Positions 1 to 9,615 of a DNA stretch of 64,000 bases are shown in pieces. This DNA is from Candidatus Zixiibacteriota bacterium (GTDB lineage Bacteria > RBG-13-66-14 > B26-G2 > WVWN01), in the NCBI GenBank assembly GCA_050117845.1, contig JASFLY010000001.1:192001-256000 (forward strand). Reading direction: 5' to 3'. Under the pieces are notes generated by a model that was given only the letters and a program-made list of their open reading frames with translations, was not told where the DNA came from and did not search any database. The first letter of the stretch is position 1. Each line of letters opens with the position of its first letter. Made by a program: the position numbers and the translations under genes.

Positions 1-30
1 CGTTCGTCATCAACGCTATAATTGTTTTAT

Positions 31-648
31 TTAAAAATGGCCGAACTTGAACTGGAGCGAATACGTAACGCCGGCCAGGTCGTCGTTCGATATCCCGGCG
101 AGGTCGACGCCGTCGACGTAGCGGTACCCGGCCCCGGCGGCCACCCGGAAGAACGGCAGGATGTTGACTTCGACGTTCGCGGCCGGCTCGGCGACGAAGT
201 AGCCGTCGAACACCCTGTCGCGGTAGCATAACGCCGCGCGGTTCTCCTCCTCGGCCAGGGCGCCCCCACCGATCAGCGCCTGGGCGGAGAAGTGGACCAG
301 TTTATGCGAAAAGGCCACGTATTCGACCTCCAGGCCTCCGTACATCAAATATAAATCCGGCAGGTCGCCGGGAGCGAACTCGCCGAGGTCCTGCTTGACG
401 GTCTTCGTGCAGATGTAGCCCCCGCCGCCGATGATGAGGGAGTGATTGATGACGGCGCCGCCGCGGCCGCCGACGAAAAGCGCCCGGTCCCCCTGGACCT
501 CGCTTACCCGGAGTACCGGCGCGCCGAAACCGCCGAGCGAGAATTCGCCCGGCACGAAGAGCGTTTCCGCCCGATAGCCCGGGGCCCCGGCCGCCACGGC
601 CGATCCGGCGATCAGGCAAGCTATGGCTAAATAAGCTATTCTATTCAA
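31..648 (-). CDS. Secreted, probably outer-membrane beta-barrel, hypothetical protein
   Basis: N-terminal signal peptide (MNRIAYLAIACLIAGSAVAA), Gly/aromatic-rich beta-strand pattern, terminal Phe; AGGAGG RBS upstream. Confidence 0.6.
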   Translation of the reverse strand: MNRIAYLAIACLIAGSAVAAGAPGYRAETLFVPGEFSLGGFGAPVLRVSEVQGDRALFVGGRGGAVINHSLIIGGGGYICTKTVKQDLGEFAPGDLPDLYLMYGGLEVEYVAFSHKLVHFSAQALIGGGALAEEENRAALCYRDRVFDGYFVAEPAANVEVNILPFFRVAAGAGYRYVDGVDLAGISNDDLAGVTYSLQFKFGHF

Positions 649-958
649 AGCGCCTCCTTGCTATTCATTCTGACGCCCGCCGGCCTCGAAACGTTTATCG
701 CCGGCCGCCTCGCGGTATTATAACATGTTTATTTTACCCCCGTGCCGCTCGCTCGTCGGCGCTTCGACATAGGACGTAATTTGCCACGGAAATGTCGTAT
801 TTTTCTTTTACGCAAGCGCCGGTATTATGCTATACTATAAGCGTAAGGTATCGTATTAAAGCCCAACATAAATGTTTGTAACTGCAAGTTAGCATGGGGG
901 AAAGGCCGTTAACCATCTGGCAACGGCACTCAGGCACCATTGATATTGGGGGGTAGCG

Positions 959-2392
959 ATGGCTACCGACAAAAAGCGTAAAGGCGGCGCGACGGAAGAG
1001 CTCGTCGCCGCCCGGAAGTACATCCGCGAACTGGAAGCGTTGACACGGGAAGGTAAGCGCATCGAGGAAGCCCGGCGGGAATCGGAAGAACAGTTCAAAA
1101 ACGTCGTTCAGGCGTCCCCCATGGGCATCCACATGTACGAACTCAAGAACGGCCGGCTTATCTTCACCGGGGCCAATCCCGCCGCCGATTCCATCCTCCG
1201 GTTAGACAACTCCGAATTCATCGGAAAAAGTATAGAAGACGCGTTCCCTCCCCTCGTCGAGACGGAGGTGCCGGAGAGGTATCGCCAGGCCGCGGCCCTC
1301 GGCACGTACTGGCATTCCGAACAGATTATCTACGAGGACGACCGCATCGAGGGCGCGTTCGAGGTTTCCGCGTTCCAGACGTCCCCGGGGAAAATGGCCG
1401 CGATGTTTCTCGACGTCACGAAACGTAAACGGGCCGAGGAGAAACTGCGCGTATCCGAGGAGAAGTACAGCAACCTCTTCCACCGATCCCGGGACGCCAT
1501 CATCATCCACGACCTCGAGGGCACCATAATCGATACCAACAAACAGGCCTCGGATTTATTCGGGTACAGCACCCGGGAATTCGCGGCCTTGAGAATAATC
1601 GACCTGCATCCGCCGGAGGGGTCCAAGGCCTCGGCGGAGGCGTTCGAGGCCGTATCGCGGCACGGCGCGGTGCGGTTCGAGATAGATTTCTTGAAAAAGG
1701 ACGGCGACGCCTTCCCCGCGGAGGTATCGGCGAGCCTGTTCGACGCCGGCCGGCGCCGCGTCGTCCAGGGCATAGTCCGCGATATAACGGAACGCAAACT
1801 GGCCTTCTCGCGCCTCCAGAAAAGCCTTTACGGAACGCTGGCCGCCATATCGCGGATCGTCGAGGAACGCGACCCCTACACCTTCGGCCACCAACAACGC
1901 GTGGCCCGGCTCGCCCGCGCCCTCGCCGAAGGGATGGAACTCGACCCGGACCGGGTCGAAAGCGTCTACGTCGCCGCGGCGGCGCACGACATCGGCAAAA
2001 TATCCATTCCGGCGGAGATACTGAGCACCCCCCGCGTCCTGAGCGAAACCGAGCGCGGCTTCATCGAACGGCATCCCCGCGTCGGGTCCGACATCCTCCG
2101 CAACGTCGAGTTCCCCTGGCCCGTCGCCGACATCGTCCTCCAGCACCACGAACGGCTGGACGGCTCCGGTTACCCCCTCGGCCTGACCGGCGACGACATC
2201 TTGACCGAAGCCCGGATCCTGAGCGTGGCGGACGTCGTGGAGGCCATGTCCTCCCACCGGCCTTACCGGCCCCGCCTCGACGAGGGCGAGAGCCTGGCCG
2301 AAATAGCCCGTTTCTCCGGCGTCCTCTACGACCCCGAGGTCGTCGAGGTTTGCTTACATCTTTTCCAGGAAAAGGGATACCAGTTCGAATAG
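959..2392 (+). CDS. PAS-PAS-HD-GYP domain protein (cyclic dinucleotide phosphodiesterase family)
   Basis: PAS/PAC ends (DVTKRK, RDITERK), HDIGK and HHERLDGSGYP motifs. Confidence 0.9.
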   Translation: MATDKKRKGGATEELVAARKYIRELEALTREGKRIEEARRESEEQFKNVVQASPMGIHMYELKNGRLIFTGANPAADSILRLDNSEFIGKSIEDAFPPLVETEVPERYRQAAALGTYWHSEQIIYEDDRIEGAFEVSAFQTSPGKMAAMFLDVTKRKRAEEKLRVSEEKYSNLFHRSRDAIIIHDLEGTIIDTNKQASDLFGYSTREFAALRIIDLHPPEGSKASAEAFEAVSRHGAVRFEIDFLKKDGDAFPAEVSASLFDAGRRRVVQGIVRDITERKLAFSRLQKSLYGTLAAISRIVEERDPYTFGHQQRVARLARALAEGMELDPDRVESVYVAAAAHDIGKISIPAEILSTPRVLSETERGFIERHPRVGSDILRNVEFPWPVADIVLQHHERLDGSGYPLGLTGDDILTEARILSVADVVEAMSSHRPYRPRLDEGESLAEIARFSGVLYDPEVVEVCLHLFQEKGYQFE

Positions 2393-2417
2393 GTCCAAGG
2401 TCTCATACGCTTAAGAA

Positions 2418-2446
2418 GAACGCCCGCCGGAGCGGGCGTCTATTTA
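2418..2446. terminator. Probable terminator hairpin between convergent genes
   Basis: ACGCCCGC-CGGA-GCGGGCGT inverted repeat with A/T-rich flanks. Confidence 0.5.
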
Positions 2447-2476
2447 TAGTATTTCGGAGTTAGTCCGGGCCGCGCG

Positions 2477-3643
2477 TCAACGCCCCCAGCCGAGGCCCGA
2501 GGCCCGGCCGGCGCCGTACCAGGCGTCCCATACGCCCAGCGCCTCACGGGCGTTGCCGTTCTCGTCTATCAAGCCGCAGTCCCGCCACATCTTGTAGAGT
2601 TCGCCGTAGCCCAATTCGCGCATCCGCTCCCAGAAGCGGTCGTAATCGCGGATGAAGAAGTACACGACGAACTCGGCGTCGAGCTTATTGCACTCCTCGA
2701 AGAGGAAGCGGACGTAGTCGGCCTGCCACCCGGCGTTCCCCTTGATGTCTATCCCGTACGTCGACATCTTGAGGTCCTCTGCGATGTAACCCGTCTCGGC
2801 GACCGCGAAGGGTTTCTCGGGGGCGAGGTCGCGCATCTTCGTGAACCAGTTTTGGGGAAGGCTCGAGGGGTCGGCGTTGCCCGTCGCGCCGCCGGCGGCC
2901 TCGATGAACGGATACGTGCTCACCGCCATATAATCGGAGTGCGGGAGGAACCGGCGCGTGAGGTTCATCTGCGCCGTGCCGGCCGCGCCGCCCCCGCCTA
3001 TTATAAACGAACAGAAGAGCGGCACGTTCGGGTGGCGGGCCCGCACGTTCGCCCGGACGTCGCGGAGGAAAATATCCAGCGCCGGGAGCTGGGGGTCGTT
3101 CTCCGCGAAGGCGCCGTTAATCTCCACGGCGAAGCAGACGTAGTCCGGGTCGAACCGGTCCATGAGGTCGAGCAGGAAGTTGCTGTACGCGGTGATGACG
3201 TCCGGGTCGTCGAAGGTCTTGTTCTGCCAGGCCGGCGGCAGTTCCATGTTGCTGTTTTCGCCCCAGTATCCCGTCAGGCCCGTCCGGTCGTGGTCCAGCG
3301 GGCACAGCGCGAGGTACACCTTGTCGCCGGGCCGCAGGCGGCTTTGGCGCTCGTAGAGGTTGTTCTCGACGTTGGCGTGGTAGGGCGTGCCGTTAAGTGC
3401 CTCGTCCCAGGGGATGCCGTCGTCGAAGTGGTGGCAAATCAGGTCCGAGCGCTTCCCGATTTCGGCGTACGTGTAGTCGCGCGCCTCCGCCGTCAGGTCG
3501 TAGGCGAAGGGAGTGAAGCCCATGTAGAAGGAGCGGCTCTTTACCTCCTCCGGGCCGGAAGTGCCCTCTTCCTCGCAGGCCCCGGCCGCGAACATGAGTA
3601 TGGCGACGAGCGCCACGGTCCCCGTTAACTTCCTTCGGCTCAT
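2477..3643 (-). CDS. Lipoprotein, probable TIM-barrel glycoside hydrolase-like
   Basis: Lipobox-like AAGAC after hydrophobic segment; VEIN and AETGY resemble clan GH-A acid/base and nucleophile motifs. Confidence 0.55.
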   Translation of the reverse strand: MSRRKLTGTVALVAILMFAAGACEEEGTSGPEEVKSRSFYMGFTPFAYDLTAEARDYTYAEIGKRSDLICHHFDDGIPWDEALNGTPYHANVENNLYERQSRLRPGDKVYLALCPLDHDRTGLTGYWGENSNMELPPAWQNKTFDDPDVITAYSNFLLDLMDRFDPDYVCFAVEINGAFAENDPQLPALDIFLRDVRANVRARHPNVPLFCSFIIGGGGAAGTAQMNLTRRFLPHSDYMAVSTYPFIEAAGGATGNADPSSLPQNWFTKMRDLAPEKPFAVAETGYIAEDLKMSTYGIDIKGNAGWQADYVRFLFEECNKLDAEFVVYFFIRDYDRFWERMRELGYGELYKMWRDCGLIDENGNAREALGVWDAWYGAGRASGLGWGR

Positions 3644-3722
3644 AATATTCCTCCTTGCTACAGGTCAGGCGGATACTTGAACGGCACTCCCTTGTTTTCG
3701 ACGGGCCGGCCCCGCCGCGGGT

Positions 3723-4130
3723 TTAACGGGGCAAGCGGCGCCGCCGTAGCCGGTACACCAGAAACAGCGTCACCGCGTTGAGGGGCGCCTGGAACAACCA
3801 CATGTAATATATATTCGAGAAGGACGTGAGGTACCCCTGCGTGAAGTAATGGCCGGGGACGAAGAGGACGGGCAGCCACAGGAGAGATAGGAGGAATACG
3901 CCCAAAAACTCCGCCGCCGTACACGGCGAGTACTCGTCGACGAAGACCCGGCCCACGGCCAGGCTCCATACCAGGAACGCGCCGGCGGAACAGAGGGCGG
4001 CCACGCTTATTTGGATGGGGAGTTGGTAGGGCAGGCCGGAAGCCTTGTAGCAGGCGAAGCCGAACAACACGGCGCCGACGTTGACGACGGTTAGAACCAG
4101 GCCGTGTATTATTATCCGGGCTTTCCTCAC
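3723..4130 (-). CDS. Small integral membrane protein
   Basis: About 4 hydrophobic segments; start re-assigned to GTG at 4130 to avoid overlap with upstream gene. Confidence 0.6.
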   Translation of the reverse strand: MRKARIIIHGLVLTVVNVGAVLFGFACYKASGLPYQLPIQISVAALCSAGAFLVWSLAVGRVFVDEYSPCTAAEFLGVFLLSLLWLPVLFVPGHYFTQGYLTSFSNIYYMWLFQAPLNAVTLFLVYRLRRRRLPR

Positions 4131-4153
4131 AAGGGAACTGCCCCCTTGGAGCC

Positions 4154-4951
4154 CTAATCCTCGAGGACCAACTCGATCTCGAAGACACGGGGCCAGAACT
4201 TGCCGGTCACGAAGAGACGACGCTCCTCGGCGTCGAAGGCGATGCCGTTGAGGTAATTCGGCGGCTCGTTGCCCGGCGGCACGCCGTCGAGCAGGCCCTT
4301 CAGATTCACCCACCCGGTCACGAGGCCGGTGGCGGGATCGATCCGGGCTATCCGGTCCGTCTTGTGGACGTTGGCGTAAACGTATCCGTCTACGTATTCC
4401 AGCTCATTGAGATTGCTAATCGGAGCCTTCCCGTCCCGCACGACGACCCTTCCTATCTCCTCGTACGTGTCCGGGTTCAGGAAGTACAACCTCGCCGAGC
4501 CGTCGCTCATGATGAGGCGCTTGCCGTCGGACGTCAGGCCCCACCCCTGACTCGCGTAATTGAACTCGCCCCTCGGCTCGAAGGTCTCGCGGTCGTAAAC
4601 GAAGCCGACGCGCTCGAGCCAGGTGAGTTGCACGAGGCGGCCTTCGTACAGGGCGATGCCCTCGCCGAAGTACGCCTCGCTCAGGTCGCGCCGCTGGAGA
4701 ACGCGGCCCGTCTCGAGCTCCACCCTGCGTATCGACGACCGGCCGTAGAGGCCGGTGCCCTCGTAAAGGTATCCGTCGTGGTATAGGAGGCCCTGGGTCC
4801 AGGCGGCGGAGTCGTGGGGATAGGAGTCCACTATGCGGTACGTGTACGAGGGGACGCCGTCCCCCGCGTCGCCGTCGGAACACGAGCAGGCGAGGAACGC
4901 CGCCAATAGCGCGACAGAAGCGACGGGCCATTTGCGAACGCGGATCGTTAT
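4154..4951 (-). CDS. Glutaminyl-peptide cyclotransferase (bacterial/plant-type glutaminyl cyclase), lipoprotein
   Basis: PHD..AWTQGL, YEGTGLYG, FGEG, GWGLT, SDGS, LNELE, NGIA, TGKFWP motifs; start probably ATA at 4951 after AGGAGG (track uses TTG 4906). Confidence 0.85.
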   Translation of the reverse strand: MTIRVRKWPVASVALLAAFLACSCSDGDAGDGVPSYTYRIVDSYPHDSAAWTQGLLYHDGYLYEGTGLYGRSSIRRVELETGRVLQRRDLSEAYFGEGIALYEGRLVQLTWLERVGFVYDRETFEPRGEFNYASQGWGLTSDGKRLIMSDGSARLYFLNPDTYEEIGRVVVRDGKAPISNLNELEYVDGYVYANVHKTDRIARIDPATGLVTGWVNLKGLLDGVPPGNEPPNYLNGIAFDAEERRLFVTGKFWPRVFEIELVLED

Positions 4952-4973
4952 GGCGATTACCTCCTGGTAAAAC

Positions 4974-5738
4974 CTATTCGTCCGCGGCCGGTTTCCGGGC
5001 CACGATTATCAAAAGGCCGCTCGTTTCCTTGTCGTACGGCCGGAAGTCGTATCCGCCGTAGAAGTCCACCGGGTCGAACCCGGCCTCGAGCAGCAACCGT
5101 TCGTAGTCGTCGCGCAGCCGCATCCGCGGGTACTCGATGCCCCAGGTCTCGAGGCGGCCTTCGCCGTCGCGCCGCAACACGTCCAGTATGGTATACCGGG
5201 CGCCGTCCCCGACGTAGTCGATAACGAACAGCCGGGTGACCTCGGCGTCGTCCCGGGCCAGGATGAAGCGCGGCCTCTCGCGCCACTGCTTGTCGGTCGT
5301 GCCCTGCGTCAGCACCAGGATGCCGCCAGGCCGCAACACGTCCTTGATGCTCGCGAGCGCCCGCCCGGCCTCGCGGTCGTCCGGGAGTTCCAGGAGCGGC
5401 CCCGAGAGACAAGTCGCGGCGTCGAACTCCCGGCCCACGCGCCCGGGCAACTCCCGGAAGTCGGCCTCTACGAGCCGGACGGCGTCGCCGAGTGCCGCCA
5501 GGTTCGCCCGGGCCCGGGCGAGCATCGCCGGCGAGGCGTCCACGCCCCACGCCTCCCGGCCCAGTTCGACGAAGAGTTTCAGGTCCAGGCCGGGGCCGCA
5601 GCCGCAATCCAGGACGGACCGTACGCCGTTCTCGTCGAACAGCTTCCGGTAGAACGCGACCTCGGCGGCGTCCCGTTCGCCGCGGAACAGGCCGTACCGC
5701 TCCGCGAAGCCCTCGTACCGGTCCCGGGTCACATCCAC
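4974..5738 (-). CDS. Class I SAM-dependent methyltransferase
   Basis: VLDCGCGPG motif I, GVDASPAML, LRPGG. Confidence 0.85.
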   Translation of the reverse strand: MDVTRDRYEGFAERYGLFRGERDAAEVAFYRKLFDENGVRSVLDCGCGPGLDLKLFVELGREAWGVDASPAMLARARANLAALGDAVRLVEADFRELPGRVGREFDAATCLSGPLLELPDDREAGRALASIKDVLRPGGILVLTQGTTDKQWRERPRFILARDDAEVTRLFVIDYVGDGARYTILDVLRRDGEGRLETWGIEYPRMRLRDDYERLLLEAGFDPVDFYGGYDFRPYDKETSGLLIIVARKPAADE

Positions 5739-5745
5739 CCCGCGT

Positions 5746-6192
5746 TCACTCCGGCGACGCGACGGCCGAAAGCTGCTTGAAAGCGCCGCCCCACACGCGC
5801 ACGAACCACTCCCGCGCCTCCTCCCACTCCGGCGTCGAGCGCCACCCGGAGTGCACCAGGTGCACCTTGGTCCCGTCGCCCACGGGCGCGAACGACACCG
5901 TGACGTGCGTCAGCGGGTCGCACTCGTTCATGAAGGCCGAATACTGCTTCGGCCCCTTCCACTCGAAGGCCAGCAGGCTACCCGGCTCCACGGCGGTGAC
6001 GCGGCAGCCGATGGTGCTGTCGAACTCCCGGTCCTCCGGCGTCCAGAACAGCTCGTACTTGCCGCCCTCGACCGGCTCGACGTCGGCCTCCGCCGTCAGC
6101 CACGACTCCAGAAGGCCTTTGTCGGTGAAGTACGCGAAAGCGCGCGCCGGGTCCACCGGCAGTTCCGTCGAAATATGGATGATTCGGTCCAA
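5746..6192 (-). CDS. SRPBCC/AHSA1-like domain protein
   Basis: Typical W-rich SRPBCC pattern (LLESW, GGKYE, TKVHLVHSGW). Confidence 0.8.
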   Translation of the reverse strand: MDRIIHISTELPVDPARAFAYFTDKGLLESWLTAEADVEPVEGGKYELFWTPEDREFDSTIGCRVTAVEPGSLLAFEWKGPKQYSAFMNECDPLTHVTVSFAPVGDGTKVHLVHSGWRSTPEWEEAREWFVRVWGGAFKQLSAVASPE

Positions 6193-6195
6193 AGC

Positions 6196-7110
6196 CTACT
6201 CCCCCCCGTCGGCGGCCTCGTTATCCAACCCATATACCTGGCGGGGCGCCAGGTACTCCGGGAACCGGCCTATCAACGCCTTCCTCACCTCGAAACACAG
6301 ATGACACTCGTCCACGTATCCGTCCTCGTGGGGCACGTCGTACGCCCGGGCCAGTTCGGCCGGCCCGCCGCGGAGCAGCGGCCCGCAGATGGGGTGGGCC
6401 TCCGGGTCGTAGTCCCGCACGAGTTCGGCGAGCGGCGTCTCCCACATGTTGCCCATGCTGAGTCCCTGGCACAGGTGCACGTGGCCGAAGCTGTCGACGT
6501 GCACCCGGCCCGGCGACCTCAAATCCTCGTGGGGACACTCGGCCAACTCCTCCCAGGGCCGGCGCGGCAGCCCTTCGGCCAGGTTGTCGGCCGCCCGCCC
6601 CCTCATCATCGCGCCGCCGGCCACCACCGGCGCGCCCCGCTCTCGGTCAATCTTGACGGTCGGCTCGTCGATGCAGATGGCCCCCACCGGGAGTTTGAGC
6701 TTCTTCGCCGCCCGCCGGGCCACCCTGGCCGGGTTATCCTTCTCGTCGCCGTGGTGGTAAAGGTCGTCGCTGACGCTGAGGTCGGCCACGGCCGCGTCGG
6801 CCAGCGGCCCCAGCCACACGGCGGCGTCCTCCTCCGTCGTGGCCCAGTACGAGTTGGTCACTACGCCGGCATTGATGCCGTACTCCCGGGCGAGCCGCAG
6901 GCCCGCGAGCATTATCGGGTAATAGAGGAAGGGTTCGCCCCCCTCGAAGTACACCGAGTCGACGGTGCCCATCTTCCGGGCCTCGTCGAGTACGTCGCGA
7001 ATCTGGGATAGGGTGAAGGTCCCGGATGCCTCGGGGCCGCAATAGAGGAAACAGTGGTCGCACTGGAAATTGCAGGTGTACGTCAATAAAAAGTGTATCC
7101 CGGTGACCAT
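6196..7110 (-). CDS. Radical SAM protein with Cys-containing C-terminal extension
   Basis: CNFQCDHC motif, GGEP, C-terminal C..CHLC. Confidence 0.85.
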   Translation of the reverse strand: MVTGIHFLLTYTCNFQCDHCFLYCGPEASGTFTLSQIRDVLDEARKMGTVDSVYFEGGEPFLYYPIMLAGLRLAREYGINAGVVTNSYWATTEEDAAVWLGPLADAAVADLSVSDDLYHHGDEKDNPARVARRAAKKLKLPVGAICIDEPTVKIDRERGAPVVAGGAMMRGRAADNLAEGLPRRPWEELAECPHEDLRSPGRVHVDSFGHVHLCQGLSMGNMWETPLAELVRDYDPEAHPICGPLLRGGPAELARAYDVPHEDGYVDECHLCFEVRKALIGRFPEYLAPRQVYGLDNEAADGGE

Positions 7111-7129
7111 GGGCAACCTCCCCGCGGCG

Positions 7130-8512
7130 CTACGTCGCCGCCGCCCGGCGGTGGCTCCGGTGCCGCTTGGCCCGCAGGACGATCCGCGGCAGGCCGAAGA
7201 TTAGGTGGAAATAAAAAATCCATCCCGGGAAGCCGATGCGCAGGCCCTTCTTGACGATGGACCAGACCTGGCCCTTGTCGAAAAAACCCGAGCTTATGCG
7301 CTTCACGATGCGGTTGATGTCCGCGGGGCCGTACTGCTTGGAGTAAATGCGGTTTCCCTCGCCGACGTAATAGTCGTCGTTCTGTTCCAACATGAGGGCC
7401 AGGCCGGAGTACTTCTCGTAGCGCAGGCGGTTGGGGCTGATGAGGTCGATGCCTATGGCCTTGGCGTAGGGGATTATCTCGAGCATCTCCTCTTCCGTCT
7501 CGCCCATGAGGCCCACGATGAAGTAGCCGTTCGTCAGCATCCCCGTTTCCCGGAGGACCGCGAACGCCTTGTGGACGTCCGCCGTCTTGAAGCCCTTCTC
7601 CAACTGCTTCAGGCTCTTATCCTGCGCCGACTCCAGGCCGATCATAAGCAGGCGGAAGCCGGCCCGGTACATCTTCTCCAGGAGGCGCGGATGCTTCGAT
7701 ATCGATATGCGGGCGTTGGCGAAGAATATCTTCTTGATGCCCTCCTCGACGATGAGGTCGCATATCCTCTCCACGCGCTTTATGTCCGCGAAGAAGTTGT
7801 CGTCCAGGAAGGCCACCGCCCGGGCGTCTATCTCGTGGAGTTCGGCCACCACCGACTCCGGCGTCCGGGACGACCAGTCGCGCTTCTGGCCCAACGGGTT
7901 CAGCTTGAACGAACAGAACTTGCAGTTGAACGGGCAGCCCTGCGAACTCAACATCGAGTCGAAGGTGTAGCCCAGGCCCACGTGCTGGAAGCTGACCTTG
8001 TACTTGTAGCGCCGCCGCTTACGGTTCGGGAAGAGGGTATTGGATACGGGGGCGAGGTTGCGGTTTTCGTTGTGGACGACGCGGCCGCCCTCCCGGTACG
8101 AGAGGCCCGCCACGCCCACCGGCGACCCCTTCTCCACGAACTCCCGTATCGTCTCCTCGCCGTCGCCCCGCACGATGACGTCGACGTTGGGGCACTCCTC
8201 GAAAAACTCCTCCACGTTGGCGGTGACGAACTTGCCCCCCAGGACCGTCGTCACGTCCGGCGGGAGGGAACGGATAACGCGGCACACCGACTCGTACTCG
8301 TAAGGCCAGTTCACGCTTACGCAAAACAGGTCCGCGCCGCCGCCCGTCGCCCGGTCGAAGTGCTTCTCGTAACGGAGGTCGTAAACCTGAACGTCGCCGA
8401 CCAGGTCCTCTATCGCCGCGGCCACGTACTCCAGGCCCAGCGGCGGGAAGAACTCGTAAACGGGGACTTCCTGGTAATAGGGGTAGATGCAGACGACGTT
8501 CCGGTAGGTCAT
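7130..8512 (-). CDS. B12-binding radical SAM protein
   Basis: PPLGLEY N-terminal B12 domain, GDGEE, GCPFNCKFC, DDNF, GLES; start re-assigned to ATG 8512. Confidence 0.85.
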   Translation of the reverse strand: MTYRNVVCIYPYYQEVPVYEFFPPLGLEYVAAAIEDLVGDVQVYDLRYEKHFDRATGGGADLFCVSVNWPYEYESVCRVIRSLPPDVTTVLGGKFVTANVEEFFEECPNVDVIVRGDGEETIREFVEKGSPVGVAGLSYREGGRVVHNENRNLAPVSNTLFPNRKRRRYKYKVSFQHVGLGYTFDSMLSSQGCPFNCKFCSFKLNPLGQKRDWSSRTPESVVAELHEIDARAVAFLDDNFFADIKRVERICDLIVEEGIKKIFFANARISISKHPRLLEKMYRAGFRLLMIGLESAQDKSLKQLEKGFKTADVHKAFAVLRETGMLTNGYFIVGLMGETEEEMLEIIPYAKAIGIDLISPNRLRYEKYSGLALMLEQNDDYYVGEGNRIYSKQYGPADINRIVKRISSGFFDKGQVWSIVKKGLRIGFPGWIFYFHLIFGLPRIVLRAKRHRSHRRAAAT

Positions 8513-8547
8513 CGTTTTCCTTTTGGGATAAAACCGGCGTGGCGGCG

Positions 8548-9138
8548 TTACAGGAGGATTTCGCCGCCCGCCAGGCGAATGCGGATCGCGCGGCTCGGGA
8601 CCGTGAGCGCCCCGGGTTCCGATTGGCGGCCCACGATTAGTATGAGTTCCCCCGCATCCTCGTCCAGGTAATGATCGCCGCCCCACCAACGCGAGCTGAC
8701 GGTAGTCGGGACCATCGTAATCTCTTCCTTGGTCAACAGGTCCTCGAGGTCGTATTTCTTAATAACCTCGCCCTCGGGGCCATAGATGACGACGACGTTC
8801 GGGCCGTAGCCAACCCGGCCCCACTCGTCGAAGGTGACGACGTAATCCCCCGAATCGGCCACGAGGACCTTGTGCGGCGAGTACGGGTTCTCCAGGTCGA
8901 CGGACCATTCGGTCGCTTCTTCCTCGACGTCGACGTCCTCATCCATCACGTCGCCGACCGTCCGGAACAGCGTGCCGTGCGCGTGCGCATTCCCGTCGCC
9001 CGGAACGACGTGGAACCGGCAAACGCTGGCCGCGGAGTAATAGTCCTTTTCGGTCGGGGCGAGCCAGGAATCGGCCCCGGCACCCGCGGCGAAACAAAGC
9101 ATCACGGCTATCATTAGTATCTTGTATCCCCCGTTCAC
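8548..9138 (-). CDS. Secreted hypothetical protein
   Basis: Signal peptide ending AGA-D; AGGAGG RBS upstream. Confidence 0.6.
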   Translation of the reverse strand: MNGGYKILMIAVMLCFAAGAGADSWLAPTEKDYYSAASVCRFHVVPGDGNAHAHGTLFRTVGDVMDEDVDVEEEATEWSVDLENPYSPHKVLVADSGDYVVTFDEWGRVGYGPNVVVIYGPEGEVIKKYDLEDLLTKEEITMVPTTVSSRWWGGDHYLDEDAGELILIVGRQSEPGALTVPSRAIRIRLAGGEILL

Positions 9139-9265
9139 GCGTAACCTCCTGATTTATTACTCCATTGTTAATTATATGACCCGTCCGAGTCAAGGCTATT
9201 CTTTAAACTTTGACGCCGCCGTCGCCGAAAAGTAAAAACCCGGCCCCGGGGCCGGACGAAATAAA

Positions 9266-9612
9266 GTAGGGCCGACCTTCCGGTCTGTGCCACCGACATT
9301 CCTGTCGGTGATAGATAGGGTAATGCCGGCATTCCTGCCGGTGATTTCGCTTACGGCAAACGGCAACATCTTCCGCCGCGTGGGGATGTAGGGCCTGACC
9401 GTTAGGTTTGGCCATATAATTCTCCGTACAAAAGTAGGGCCTGACCTTTAGGTCTGGCCGCCAGATTCTCTTATCAATAAGAGATTTTCCGTGGCCGCAT
9501 CTAAAGATACGGCCCTACTTAAACTACTACCGTGGCCGCACCAGAAGGTAAAGCCCCGTGGCGCCGACATTCCTGTCGGTGATCAATCTCGTGCCACCGG
9601 CATTCCTGCCTG
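9266..9612. repeat. REP-like palindrome mosaic, copy 1
   Basis: Multiple GTAGGGCC(T)GACC...GGTCTG(G)CC and CACCG(A/G)CATTCCTG(T/C)CGGTG-like hairpins; 9352-9582 duplicated at 10891-11120. Confidence 0.75.
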
Positions 9613-9615
9613 TGG

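Noticed and set aside
6196..8512. The two upstream radical SAM genes as a second RiPP cluster or as lipoate synthases
   Set aside because: No precursor or RRE nearby, no LipA-type extra Cys motif, and they are far from the lipoyl genes
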